This document shows, piece by piece, positions 10,101-19,867 of a DNA stretch of 64,000 nt (positions are counted from its first letter, which is position 1; the number at the start of each line of letters is the position of its first letter). The notes beneath the pieces are model-generated. The model saw nothing but the letters and a program-made list of their open reading frames with translations, had not been told where the DNA came from and searched no databases. Source of the DNA: Candidatus Parvarchaeum sp. Its GTDB lineage: Archaea; Nanobdellota; Nanobdellia; Parvarchaeales; Parvarchaeaceae. The position numbers and the translations under genes are program-made. The DNA is taken from the NCBI GenBank assembly GCA_049965555.1, contig JBMFWF010000002.1, positions 1 to 64,000 of the forward strand, read 5' to 3'.

Positions 10101-10958
10101 CTAATCAGCTACCTCATAAACTCCCATTAATCTCTTTCTAAATACGACTATTAAAGCAAACCCTAAAACAAATGCAAATAGGATAGTAGCAGAGGATAAA
10201 GAATAATATAGAGTAGAACTTGTTGAATAAAATTCATAAGTCATAGTAGTAAGAAGTGCTGGACTATACCCAAACAGTATTAAAGGTAGTGCAAATATAT
10301 TGAATTCCGCGATTCCCCTCACTATTAACGCTATTGTAACAAAATCGGCAATATTTGGTAGAGTTATACTAAAAAATCTCCTTATCGGTCCTGCTCCATC
10401 TACAGCCGCAGCATTGTATAATTCTGGCGGTATCTGGCTCATGCCTGCAAAAAGGATCAAAGCAACTATTGGAGTTGTTTTCCAAGAATCTGCAAGCATT
10501 GTAGTAAATAAAGTCATATAAGCATTTGAATACCAGTTTATTGCGTGTATTCCAAACAAAGCTAATAAAGAATTAGCATAACCACCAACCGCTGGAAATA
10601 TTAGGGAGAAGGTGTATGCAGAAACTACCGTAGCTATCCCAAAAGGAAGTATATATATGGTAGAAAATATTGCTTTTCCTCTTAAAGCCTTTGTAAGTAA
10701 AGTTGCAATTAAAAATCCAAATGTAAATTCAATTGTTAGTGCTCCTGCGGTTAATAAAGCAGTATTTAGTATTGCAGAAACTATTCCGTAGTGGATAAGG
10801 GCAGTAAAATTAGCTAAAGTTAATTTACCTGTAGAGGGGGAATGAAAACTTTGAAAGACTGCAGATAAAGCAGGGTAAAAAGAGATACCCACTAAATAAG
10901 CTACTAACGGAAGAATTAAAAGTAAAGGTAAGTACTTTCGTTTTATCTTAAATTTCAT
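10101..10958 (-). CDS. Carbohydrate ABC transporter permease (MalF-like)
   Basis: TM helices; WKTTP, IPPELYNAAAVDGAG, ITLP. Confidence 0.93.
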   Translation of the reverse strand: MKFKIKRKYLPLLLILPLVAYLVGISFYPALSAVFQSFHSPSTGKLTLANFTALIHYGIVSAILNTALLTAGALTIEFTFGFLIATLLTKALRGKAIFSTIYILPFGIATVVSAYTFSLIFPAVGGYANSLLALFGIHAINWYSNAYMTLFTTMLADSWKTTPIVALILFAGMSQIPPELYNAAAVDGAGPIRRFFSITLPNIADFVTIALIVRGIAEFNIFALPLILFGYSPALLTTMTYEFYSTSSTLYYSLSSATILFAFVLGFALIVVFRKRLMGVYEVAD

Positions 10959-10998
10959 AATACCATAACATATTTAAAATATTAAAAAATTTAGTGAA

Positions 10999-12468
10999 TT
11001 AAGCTGCTTTTAATGGTGCAAAGTAACCTTCTTCATATTGCTGTGCGTATGTTGTATTGTAGTTACTTACTAGGTATTTGTAAAGAGCTAAATTCTCGTT
11101 ATTTAATATTGATTGAATACTACTTTCAGTACATGCAGTTGCACCGCAATCATTCGTAACTATTTCAGTAAAAGCATTGTCGGCTAGGTTATCCCACTCC
11201 GTTATCCAAGCTACTGGTGGCCTAAAGAATGCTCCCTGGTTAAAGGCAGCTAATATAGCCTGAGAAGCTGCACTTGTATTTGTATAAGTAGCATTTGTTG
11301 TATTGTAAACAACTGTTCCTGATGTTGCTATTGATTCATAATTATCCAAACTACCCGGCCATTGATAATCAAAAAAGTTATATTCGTTATTGTTTAAACC
11401 TTTATAGGAAGCCCAGTAATCATGTGTATATGCCGGAGAGAAATATGCACTAAGATTATACATATAATAATAAGCAGCTACATCTCCACTATCATTTAAA
11501 ACCATAGGATTACCACCTGCTTGAACCATCCATTGAAACATTTCAGTTGAAGTACTTGCTCCACCATGTCCCTGCATACTTATGCCTCCAAGACCTAAAG
11601 AGGTAAGGGCTTTTCCTAATTTAAGTAACTCTGTCCAATTCGTAGGAGGAGTTGTGAATCCCGCTTTTGCCAAAGACTCCGGGTTATACCACACAAGAGC
11701 TAAATTTGCCCTGTAAGGCAAGAAGTAGACTCCTTTGTACGTTTGTCTTTCATAAGTGACAAGGCCTGCCATTGAAGGAATTAAATCGCTTGGTAGCAAT
11801 GAACTTGCATTTGTTATATTATCTAAGTATCCTGGATAAAATAATTCACCGATTGCTAAATTATCCTGAGCTATTACTGTTGCGCCTACTTTTCCACTCT
11901 CAACTAGAGCTTCAACATCACTTGTTATTTGATCAGGCCTAAGTTGTATCCAGTTTATCTTTATATTTGGATATATTGATTCAAATTCAGGAATCAATAC
12001 ATCTTCCATGATTTGAGTAGCAGAAGCGCTAACTCCTAAATCATCGTACATAGTTACAGTAACTGCTGGCCCATTATATGTAGGTAAAGTAGTGTTTACA
12101 GGATGAGCTGCATAAGCTTCAGTATCTATTGGAGGCCATCCTAATTTGTATAGTTCTTCCTGAGCCTGTGTCGATAAAAAGAAAGTTATTACAGTGTCTA
12201 TTGCATTCAAATTTGTAGCCCCTTTTGGAATTGCAAATACATCCCCCCCTATAAGATGCTCACTGTTATTTAAACCTGCAGGACCACCGTAAACTCCTAT
12301 TGTAGAAGACGAAGAAAATGCAGTAGGTACACTTACATTGGTAGAAGGCACACTAACTATTGCCTTCGAAACATGTGAGAAATAACCTACGAAAAAGAAT
12401 ATTACAGCCACAACAACAATTATAGCTATCATTAATCCACTAAAATTGCTTTTTGTGGAATTTTCCAT
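10999..12468 (-). CDS. Membrane-anchored sugar-binding protein (family 1 SBP, trehalose/maltose type) with rearranged segment order
   Basis: N-terminal TM anchor; IPEFESIYPNIKI, VYFLPY..N..LVWYN, PPTNWTEL, VQAGG, DYQWP, FRPP..W; first gene of the ABC operon. Confidence 0.88.
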   Translation of the reverse strand: MENSTKSNFSGLMIAIIVVVAVIFFFVGYFSHVSKAIVSVPSTNVSVPTAFSSSSTIGVYGGPAGLNNSEHLIGGDVFAIPKGATNLNAIDTVITFFLSTQAQEELYKLGWPPIDTEAYAAHPVNTTLPTYNGPAVTVTMYDDLGVSASATQIMEDVLIPEFESIYPNIKINWIQLRPDQITSDVEALVESGKVGATVIAQDNLAIGELFYPGYLDNITNASSLLPSDLIPSMAGLVTYERQTYKGVYFLPYRANLALVWYNPESLAKAGFTTPPTNWTELLKLGKALTSLGLGGISMQGHGGASTSTEMFQWMVQAGGNPMVLNDSGDVAAYYYMYNLSAYFSPAYTHDYWASYKGLNNNEYNFFDYQWPGSLDNYESIATSGTVVYNTTNATYTNTSAASQAILAAFNQGAFFRPPVAWITEWDNLADNAFTEIVTNDCGATACTESSIQSILNNENLALYKYLVSNYNTTYAQQYEEGYFAPLKAA

Positions 12469-12578
12469 AATATTTTATACATTTTTTTATATTTAAAGCT
12501 TTCTATCGCTACTTAATATAAATTTTATATAATTATTCAAAAAGATATTGTTTTATTTGACTTAATACTTTAAATTGA

Positions 12579-14354
12579 ATGAAGATAAGTTACAAAGAAG
12601 GGATATATAGAGTAAATGTAAATGATTATAACCCAGTTGTTAAATTTAATTTCTCTAAAAATAATTTTAAGGAATTAAATTCAGATACAATTGATATAAA
12701 TAATGAAAAAATAGAGCTGTACGAAAGAGATGACAAAATAATTTTATCAAAAGAGCTTGATATAAAAGAGCACATTTTAGGTTTGGGAGAAAATGCTTTT
12801 AAGTTAGATAAAAGAAGATCAAAACTTACTCTCTGGAATACTGATGCCCATGATTATCTACCTAATACCGATAAAATGTATGTTTCTATTCCGTTTTTTA
12901 TATCAGTCAAAGATAAACATAAACTTGGTGTTTTTATTAACTATCCTGGGAAGATAACATTTGACTTTGGTATAAAAGAATATGATAAAACAATTATAGA
13001 GATATTTAACAAAAGTGCAGAACTCTTTTTTATAGAAGGAAAAACTTTGAAAGAGATATTAAATAAGTTTATTTCTATAACCGGAAAACCATTTAAAATC
13101 CCGAATTGGGCATTGGGCCATGCCGTATCAAGATATAGCTATTTCCCACAGAAAATTATTTTAGAAGTGTTAAAGGAGTATAAAAAAAGATCAGTAGTGG
13201 ATAGTATATACCTAGATATAGATTACATGGACAAATACAAAATATTTGAATGGAACAAAGATTATTTTCCAAATCCAAAAAAGATGATAGAGGAGATACA
13301 TAAAATGAAGACAAAGGTTATAACAATTATAGACCCTGCAATAAGACTAGACCAAAGCTATAGTACATTTAAAGAAGGATTAGATTATTATTGTGAAAGA
13401 GAGTCTGGTGAGATATATGTATCAAAGATGTGGGCCGGCGACTGTGTTTTTCCAGATTTCTTAAACTATAAAACTAGAGAGTGGTGGACTAATAAAATAA
13501 AAATATGGACAGAGAAATACTCAATTGATGGTATATGGTTAGATATGAATGAGCCAACGGCATTTAACTTAAATAATACATTTGATACAGATGTAATTCA
13601 TAAAATAAGCAAAAACGATTGCGTACTGCATGAACAGGTTCATAATGCATACGCTTATTTCGAAGCAATGGCCACTTATAATGGCTTAAAAAATGGTTTT
13701 ATACTATCTAGGTCAGGTTACGCAGGCATACAAAAATATGCTGCAATATGGAGTGGAGATTCTGTCTCTTCATGGGAAGATATGAAATTACAAATACCGA
13801 TACTATTAAACTTAAGTATATCTGGTGTACCATATGTTGGCTGTGATTTAGGAGGTTTTAATGGAAGAAATGATCCAGATTTAATTGTAGCGTACTACCA
13901 TATGGCAGTTTTCTTTCCGATATTTAGAAATCACAAAAACAAGCTTGAAAATGACCAGGAAATCTATACATTGCAGGATAAAGATAGAGAAAGTATAGAA
14001 AAAGCTGTAGAAATGAGATACAAATTTATGCAATATATGCAAGAATTAGCAGAACTATCACATAAATCCGGAACTCCGATTATACGCCCGTTATTATATG
14101 AATTTGAAGATGACGAGAATACTTACCAAATAAATGATGAGTACATGTTGGGCAGCTCTTTATTATATGCTCCGCAATTTGAAAGAGGTTATAAAGATAG
14201 AGATATCTATCTGCCAAATGATATGTGGTTAGAATTAAATACAAAAAAGGAGTTTAAAGGTCCATGTTACATAAAATCAAATGCTGAATTCCCTATATTT
14301 ATAAGAAAAGGAGCAAGCATAAAATTATCTGATGGGGAAAAATTAGTTTATTAG
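12579..14354 (+). CDS. GH31 alpha-glucosidase (MalA-like)
   Basis: GLGE, YLDIDYMD, nucleophile motif WLDMNEP, WSGD acid/base, GCDLGGF, PIFRNH, PIIRPL. Confidence 0.93.
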   Translation: MKISYKEGIYRVNVNDYNPVVKFNFSKNNFKELNSDTIDINNEKIELYERDDKIILSKELDIKEHILGLGENAFKLDKRRSKLTLWNTDAHDYLPNTDKMYVSIPFFISVKDKHKLGVFINYPGKITFDFGIKEYDKTIIEIFNKSAELFFIEGKTLKEILNKFISITGKPFKIPNWALGHAVSRYSYFPQKIILEVLKEYKKRSVVDSIYLDIDYMDKYKIFEWNKDYFPNPKKMIEEIHKMKTKVITIIDPAIRLDQSYSTFKEGLDYYCERESGEIYVSKMWAGDCVFPDFLNYKTREWWTNKIKIWTEKYSIDGIWLDMNEPTAFNLNNTFDTDVIHKISKNDCVLHEQVHNAYAYFEAMATYNGLKNGFILSRSGYAGIQKYAAIWSGDSVSSWEDMKLQIPILLNLSISGVPYVGCDLGGFNGRNDPDLIVAYYHMAVFFPIFRNHKNKLENDQEIYTLQDKDRESIEKAVEMRYKFMQYMQELAELSHKSGTPIIRPLLYEFEDDENTYQINDEYMLGSSLLYAPQFERGYKDRDIYLPNDMWLELNTKKEFKGPCYIKSNAEFPIFIRKGASIKLSDGEKLVY

Positions 14355-16105
14355 ATATTATAGATATCCAAAAGCGCGCTTATTAATGTAGCGTGTACAA
14401 AACCCTGTGGGAAATTACCCGTGAACACTTTATTGTGCACATCTATATCCTCACCAATTAAATTGTTTGGGCCAACTATACTTTTCACGTTTTTAAGCAG
14501 TTGTATAGCAGCGTCTTTTCTTTTCAGCTTTGAGTAAACTGAAGCGAGCCACATTGAGCAAAGAACAAACGCATGATTTGCCTTTCCAAGCGAATCGAAG
14601 TTATACCTATAAACAAATCCTTTTACAAGCAATGTTTTTTCAACTATCTTAAGAGTTTTAACAAAAATTGGATCATTAACTTCAACAAACCCATAAATTG
14701 GAAAGGATAATACTGTGGAATCCACTTCATTGCTTTTAGGGAAAGTAACAAAATAGCCGTCTTTTACGCAATTAGAAATAATCCAATTTTTAATTTCTCT
14801 TCTAGTTTCATCCCAACGATCTAACCCTCCTAAAGCCGAGATTAATTTACCTGCACTTTCTAAAGCGACCCATATCATGACTTTTGAATGAGCGTATTCA
14901 TGATCTTCAGGCTTTTCCCATATCCCAGAATCAGCAAGCTGCCAGTTATCAGACAACCAATCTGCTATATATTCTATTGCCTTTGAATGATTCTCTATAA
15001 ATTCTTTATCCTGCGTAGAATCAAAATAATTCTTTACAGCATATAAAAACTCACCCTCTATATCCAATTGTATCTGATTAGTAGCCCTATTCCCTATTCT
15101 AACAGGTTTTGAGTTCATGAACCCATTCAAAGAATCAATGTATTTTTCACCGTATATTTTTGTTCCATCAACTTTGTAAAGATTGTAAAGAGGTTTACCA
15201 GAATAATCTATCATGCTGAATAAGAATTCTAGCGCTCGTCTGCCCTCTATGTAAAAACCTAGGCTACAAAGTGCCGATGCCATTATCGCTGAATCCCTCA
15301 CCCAAACATATCTATAATCCCAATTTCTATTGCCTCCGGGATCCTCAGGCAAAGAAGCAGTAGGCGCAGCTATTATACTGCCAGTAGGTGAGTATGTAAG
15401 CCCAAGCATGGTAAAAACAGATGACCTTAAAAGCTGTTCGAATTCCTCTAAATCAGTATTTAACAGGCTTAATTTGATTCTTTCTGTATACGCCCCCCAG
15501 TAGTTTATAGTTGAGTCAAGTGCCTTTGACAGATTAGAAGAAGAAACATTTTTACTTTCTAATTCATAAATCTCTGCTGATTGATAATAAGACAGTATTA
15601 CCTGAGTTAATCCTTTTTCTATTTCCCATTCAAAATCTCCGATTTTTTTGTATTCTCCAATTATTTCTAAAACAAGCCTCCCTTTTCCATTTTTACTGTC
15701 GAATAGCATTTTCCCATCTTTCTCCGAATAATTGAAGTTCATTGTATGAAAATTGAATAGGGGGTTAAAATTAAGCTGCAGTTTTATCTCTGAGTTTATA
15801 TCCCTCACAAATATTGTCTTACCCGGTATCAAAAAATCATTTACATCTGCACTTCCTTCGGAAGTTTTAAAATTAGTGTGCAAAACATTTGGTGCAGTAT
15901 ATTTATGTACAGATGAAAACTGAATAGTTGGGCTAACTCTGAATACTCCTCCGTTGTTTTCATCCAATAGATAAGCTATGAATGGATCGGAATCGAATCT
16001 CGGAAAACAAAGCCACAATACATTGCCGTTCTTATCTATTAAAGAACTCGTTAATTGATTACTTATGAACCCTATGTCTTTGAAATCTGCGAAAGTTAAC
16101 GCCAT
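14351..16105 (-). CDS. GH15 glycoside hydrolase (trehalase/glucoamylase-like)
   Basis: WLCFPRFDS N-domain, IIAAPTASLPE, NWDYRYVWVRD, QLDIEG, DSGIWE, GNFPQGFVH. Confidence 0.92.
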   Translation of the reverse strand: MALTFADFKDIGFISNQLTSSLIDKNGNVLWLCFPRFDSDPFIAYLLDENNGGVFRVSPTIQFSSVHKYTAPNVLHTNFKTSEGSADVNDFLIPGKTIFVRDINSEIKLQLNFNPLFNFHTMNFNYSEKDGKMLFDSKNGKGRLVLEIIGEYKKIGDFEWEIEKGLTQVILSYYQSAEIYELESKNVSSSNLSKALDSTINYWGAYTERIKLSLLNTDLEEFEQLLRSSVFTMLGLTYSPTGSIIAAPTASLPEDPGGNRNWDYRYVWVRDSAIMASALCSLGFYIEGRRALEFLFSMIDYSGKPLYNLYKVDGTKIYGEKYIDSLNGFMNSKPVRIGNRATNQIQLDIEGEFLYAVKNYFDSTQDKEFIENHSKAIEYIADWLSDNWQLADSGIWEKPEDHEYAHSKVMIWVALESAGKLISALGGLDRWDETRREIKNWIISNCVKDGYFVTFPKSNEVDSTVLSFPIYGFVEVNDPIFVKTLKIVEKTLLVKGFVYRYNFDSLGKANHAFVLCSMWLASVYSKLKRKDAAIQLLKNVKSIVGPNNLIGEDIDVHNKVFTGNFPQGFVHATLISALLDIYNI

Positions 16106-16184
16106 TACTATTACTATAATTTTAAGATATTAAACTTTTTTTAAAAGAATTGATTTATATTAGAGATATCATTAATATTATTAT

Positions 16185-17204
16185 ATGAAAACAAAGGCTG
16201 CTTTTCTTGAAAAACCTGGAAAAATTGAAGAAAAACCCCTAAAAATAAAGGAATTGGAGCTGCCTGAGTTAAAGGAAAATGAAGTTCTAATAAAAGTGAA
16301 TGCATGCGGAGTATGCAGAACTGATTTGCATGTAGTAGAAGGAGAGCTTGGTGAGGTAAACAACATAGTCCCTGGACATGAAGTTGTAGGCACTATCGAA
16401 AAAATTGGTGAAAACGTTAAAAACCAAAAAATAGGTAATAAAGTAGGAGTCGCCTGGCTGTATAGCTCATGCGGAAGCTGTGAATACTGCCTCAGCGGCA
16501 GAGAAAACTTATGCCAGAACAAGCAATTTACTGGTTTTTCTAAGAACGGTGGCTACTCTGAATACATTATAGCTGATAGCAGGTTTATATTCAATCTCCC
16601 TTTTGGATTGAAGGATGAAGAGATCGCGCCATTGCTTTGTTCTGGGGCGATAGGTTATCGTTCCTTCAAACTAACTCAGGCTTCTCCGGGCAGTACAATA
16701 GCAATGTTTGGATTTGGCGGATCAGCCCATTTAACATTGCAGCTTGCAAAGAAGCTTGGCTACAGGGTCATAATAGTAAGCAGGAATGAAAACCACTTAA
16801 AGCTTGCTAGTGAACTCGGGGCAGATTTTACTTTTTCGCCTAAAAATGGGGACGTGTACGAGAATTTAAAGGATAAAGACATAGAAGCTGCGATAATCTT
16901 TGCTCCCTCTGCTATACCAATAATGAATGCCTTAAAAGTAATCAAGCCAGGCGGCAAAGTGGTCGTTGCTGGAATACATGTAGAAGGAGAGATAAAGATA
17001 GATTATGAATCGCAGCTATTCCATGAAAAGACGCTACTTTCCGTCGAATCCTACACAAGAGAAGACATGTTAGAGTATTTAAGGCTTGCAGCAAATTTAG
17101 GCATAAAACCGGTGTATAGTAATATAAAGTTAGATGACATAAATTCAACATTGGCTGAGTTGAAAAACAGCGAATTAATGGGCGTGAAAGTGATTAAATT
17201 TTAG
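16185..17204 (+). CDS. Zinc-dependent alcohol dehydrogenase (MDR family)
   Basis: CGVCRTDLH, PGHEVVG, structural Zn CGSCEYC..G.ENLC, APLLCSG, GFGGSA. Confidence 0.95.
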   Translation: MKTKAAFLEKPGKIEEKPLKIKELELPELKENEVLIKVNACGVCRTDLHVVEGELGEVNNIVPGHEVVGTIEKIGENVKNQKIGNKVGVAWLYSSCGSCEYCLSGRENLCQNKQFTGFSKNGGYSEYIIADSRFIFNLPFGLKDEEIAPLLCSGAIGYRSFKLTQASPGSTIAMFGFGGSAHLTLQLAKKLGYRVIIVSRNENHLKLASELGADFTFSPKNGDVYENLKDKDIEAAIIFAPSAIPIMNALKVIKPGGKVVVAGIHVEGEIKIDYESQLFHEKTLLSVESYTREDMLEYLRLAANLGIKPVYSNIKLDDINSTLAELKNSELMGVKVIKF

Positions 17205-17234
17205 GTATTTAAACTTGAAAGATTTTTAAATAGC

Positions 17235-17552
17235 ATGGCAGAATCGAATAGAAAGATGTATAAATTAGATGAGATTCTTGGGAAACCTCTCATAGTTTCA
17301 TATGACAAGAAAACTAGGATATATGGATTAAATGTTAAAGATAGAGAAATTGAAATTTCTGCTTACTCTGAAAGCGAGTCACGAAAAGGATATTTCCATA
17401 AAGTTCAAATAGAGTATTTACCAGCTTCGATGTACTTAATAAATGGAAGCTGTACTTGTGAATCTTTTCAATACTACGGCATGCCCTGCAAACACATGCT
17501 TAAAGTAAGAAATGTATACATTAAAAACAAAGATAAAATCAATAAAGATTAG
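17235..17552 (+). CDS. SWIM zinc-finger protein
   Basis: CTC-x8-CKH (SCTCESFQYYGMPCKH). Confidence 0.8.
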   Translation: MAESNRKMYKLDEILGKPLIVSYDKKTRIYGLNVKDREIEISAYSESESRKGYFHKVQIEYLPASMYLINGSCTCESFQYYGMPCKHMLKVRNVYIKNKDKINKD

Positions 17553-18030
17553 AAAAAATCTCCTTAGGTATAAGTTCCTTTATGTCTCTTTTTTCTATAT
17601 CCTCTCTCATTAAGCTTTTTACACTACTCTCATCAAATTTCCCAATAGAGAATAACTCATCCAAAAACTCTATCCCTTTAGAATGTTTATAGCCTAAATC
17701 TATAAAATTGACGTAAAAGGCTACATACTCCTTTCCAAATAAGTCTAATGTGTTAATGATTCTATCTTTATCCAAAGAGAAAAGCTTCTTTGATAGGTAA
17801 AATGCAGTGTCTGGGTAATAATATTGGCTTATAGTATTTACAGCCTTTTCATAAAAAGATTTTCTGTAATTTCCGGATAAATTCTTACCATAACTTGCTA
17901 TATCCTCTGCTAGCTTGTCGCTGCTAAGACCGAATTTTGAAAGCTCATTTTCCAATGCAGAAATCTTTGATTTTGGAATTCCCGATTTAGAAAGCTCATT
18001 TCTAAACACATCAAATGTTTTATTTTCCAT
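17539..18030 (-). CDS. Hypothetical helical protein
   Basis: 163-aa ORF with TATA-like TTTATA upstream; no motif recognised. Confidence 0.65.
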   Translation of the reverse strand: MENKTFDVFRNELSKSGIPKSKISALENELSKFGLSSDKLAEDIASYGKNLSGNYRKSFYEKAVNTISQYYYPDTAFYLSKKLFSLDKDRIINTLDLFGKEYVAFYVNFIDLGYKHSKGIEFLDELFSIGKFDESSVKSLMREDIEKRDIKELIPKEIFSNLY

Positions 18031-18104
18031 TTTTTTATATGAATAGAAGGGATATAAATACTTTTAGAATAAAGAAAACCAAACTACAAACAAAACATTA
18101 TTTA

Positions 18105-18170
18105 TTAATCAGAACAGTTGCAATCGCAACCGCATCCGCAACCACATTTTTCTTCGTCTTCTTCTGCCAT
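18105..18170 (-). CDS. Small Cys-rich metallothionein-like peptide MAEEDEEKCGCGCGCDCNCSD (not in the ORF track)
   Basis: Hand translation: ATG at 18170, tandem TAA TAA stops at 18107-18102, six Cys in CxCxCxCxCxC spacing, GC-rich patch in an AT-rich spacer, TATA about 25 nt upstream. Confidence 0.75.
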   Translation of the reverse strand: MAEEDEEKCGCGCGCDCNCSD

Positions 18171-18190
18171 ATCTTTTAAAGCGAACTTTT

Positions 18191-18203
18191 CTTTTATATA
18201 TTT
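18191..18203 (-). promoter_or_regulatory. Archaeal TATA box for the Cys-rich peptide gene
   Basis: The minus strand reads AAATATATAAAAG 21-33 nt upstream of ATG 18170, the spacing expected for a leaderless transcript. Confidence 0.55.
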
Positions 18204-19806
18204 AACTGTTTTTATTTACTGCCTCTAGAAAAGATAAGAATAACGGAGAAGGCGCTTCTATTCTCGATTTTAGCTCAGGATGTGCCTGGGTGGCAATACC
18301 GAAACTGCCTGGCCACTCGATTATCTCAACTAGCTTATTATCTTTAGTCGTGGCGGTTATTTTTAAACCGTTCTTTTGAAGAATTTTCCTAAATTTATTG
18401 TTAAGCTCGTATCTATGCCTGTGCCTCTCTGATACGATTTTCTTACGATAAGAAGAGAAGGCTATTGAATTTTTATCTTTTATTAACATGTCCCATGCGC
18501 CTAGTCTCATAGTACCGCCCTTTTGCTTCACTGAAAGTTGCGAAGGCAGGATGTCTATGACATTATATTTTGTATTAGGATCGAACTCTGTTGAATTCGC
18601 TCCTTTCAGATTACAAACATTCCTTGCAAATTCAACGGCCATAAGCTGCATTCCCAAGCACAATCCTAAATAAGGTATGCTGTTTTCTCTAGCGTACTTT
18701 ATCGCATTTATCATGCCTTCTATCCCTCTTTTCCCAAAGCCTCCTGGAACTATAACTCCATTGACGCCTTCTAATGCATTTTCTGGATCGGATTTTTCAA
18801 GCAGCTCGGATTCTATCCAGTTTACATTCAAATTAACGGATAATTTGCCAGCGGCATGCATTAATGCCTCTCTAACGCTGACATAAGAATCTTTTAGCTC
18901 TACGTATTTACCCACAACTGCTATGGTAACAGCTTTTCCATTTCTGCTTATTATTTTATCGACGTTTTCCTCCCATCTTTCAAGTTTCTCTCTGTTTATC
19001 TTTTTATCCTGTATGCCGAATGACTTCAAAAGAATCTTATCAAAATTCTGCTTTATTAGGTATTGCGGTAATTGATACGGTGAATCCATATCAGGGTCAT
19101 TTATCACCCTGCTTTCATCAAGACTTGTAAACATGGCCAGTTTCTTTTTAATGCTTTCGCCCATCTCTCCGTCTGTTCTACATATAAGAAACTGTGGTAT
19201 TATACCCATTCCCATCAATGTCCTAAAAGCAGACTGGGTCGGTTTACTCTTCTGTTCCCCCACGGTTTTTAACCTTGGTATGTAAGTAACATCAACAAAT
19301 ACAACTTTTTCCTTGAGTGAAAGCTGCCTCATGGCCTCTATGAAATAGCCATTTTCAATGTCTCCAACTGTTCCGCCTACTTCTATTACAACAAAGTCAA
19401 GCTTGTTTTTTTCTGCAAATCCCATTACCTTTTCCTGTATCTCATTTGTAAGGTGAGGTATGACTTGAACGTCTTCTCCCAGATATTCGCCTCTTCTCTC
19501 TTTTTCTATTATACTGCCAAAAAGTTTTCCGCCTGTTATAGAAGAACTGCTAGTTAGGCTTTGGTTAAGAAATCGTTCATATGTACCGAAATCCATGTCT
19601 ACCTCTCCCTTATCATCTAATACAAATACCTCTCCATGCCTGTAAGGATTCATTGTGCCGCAATCGTAATTTAGATATCCGTCAAATTTTATAGGCAAGA
19701 CCTTAAAATCGTACATGTCAAGTATTTTCATTATAGAAGATGAAACCACCCCCTTGCCCAGGCCACTCATTATAGAACCTAACACTACTATAAACTTCGC
19801 TGGCAT
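18202..19806 (-). CDS. pyrG: CTP synthase
   Basis: SGLGKG, GTMNPYRHGEVFV, DMDFGTYERF, EVGGTVGDIE, PGGFG, GLCLGMQ, ERHRHRYE, QAHPE. Confidence 0.98.
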   Translation of the reverse strand: MPAKFIVVLGSIMSGLGKGVVSSSIMKILDMYDFKVLPIKFDGYLNYDCGTMNPYRHGEVFVLDDKGEVDMDFGTYERFLNQSLTSSSSITGGKLFGSIIEKERRGEYLGEDVQVIPHLTNEIQEKVMGFAEKNKLDFVVIEVGGTVGDIENGYFIEAMRQLSLKEKVVFVDVTYIPRLKTVGEQKSKPTQSAFRTLMGMGIIPQFLICRTDGEMGESIKKKLAMFTSLDESRVINDPDMDSPYQLPQYLIKQNFDKILLKSFGIQDKKINREKLERWEENVDKIISRNGKAVTIAVVGKYVELKDSYVSVREALMHAAGKLSVNLNVNWIESELLEKSDPENALEGVNGVIVPGGFGKRGIEGMINAIKYARENSIPYLGLCLGMQLMAVEFARNVCNLKGANSTEFDPNTKYNVIDILPSQLSVKQKGGTMRLGAWDMLIKDKNSIAFSSYRKKIVSERHRHRYELNNKFRKILQKNGLKITATTKDNKLVEIIEWPGSFGIATQAHPELKSRIEAPSPLFLSFLEAVNKNS

Positions 19807-19867
19807 TTAATTTAACCTATTTTTAGCTTTTATATTTTTCCCTAGTTTATGTTATACTAAATGAAAC

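Noticed and set aside
18114-18146. GCAACC/GCATCC-like hexamer run as a microsatellite
   Set aside because: The variation follows codon structure and preserves a Cys-X frame with start, stop and TATA box, so a small CDS explains it better.
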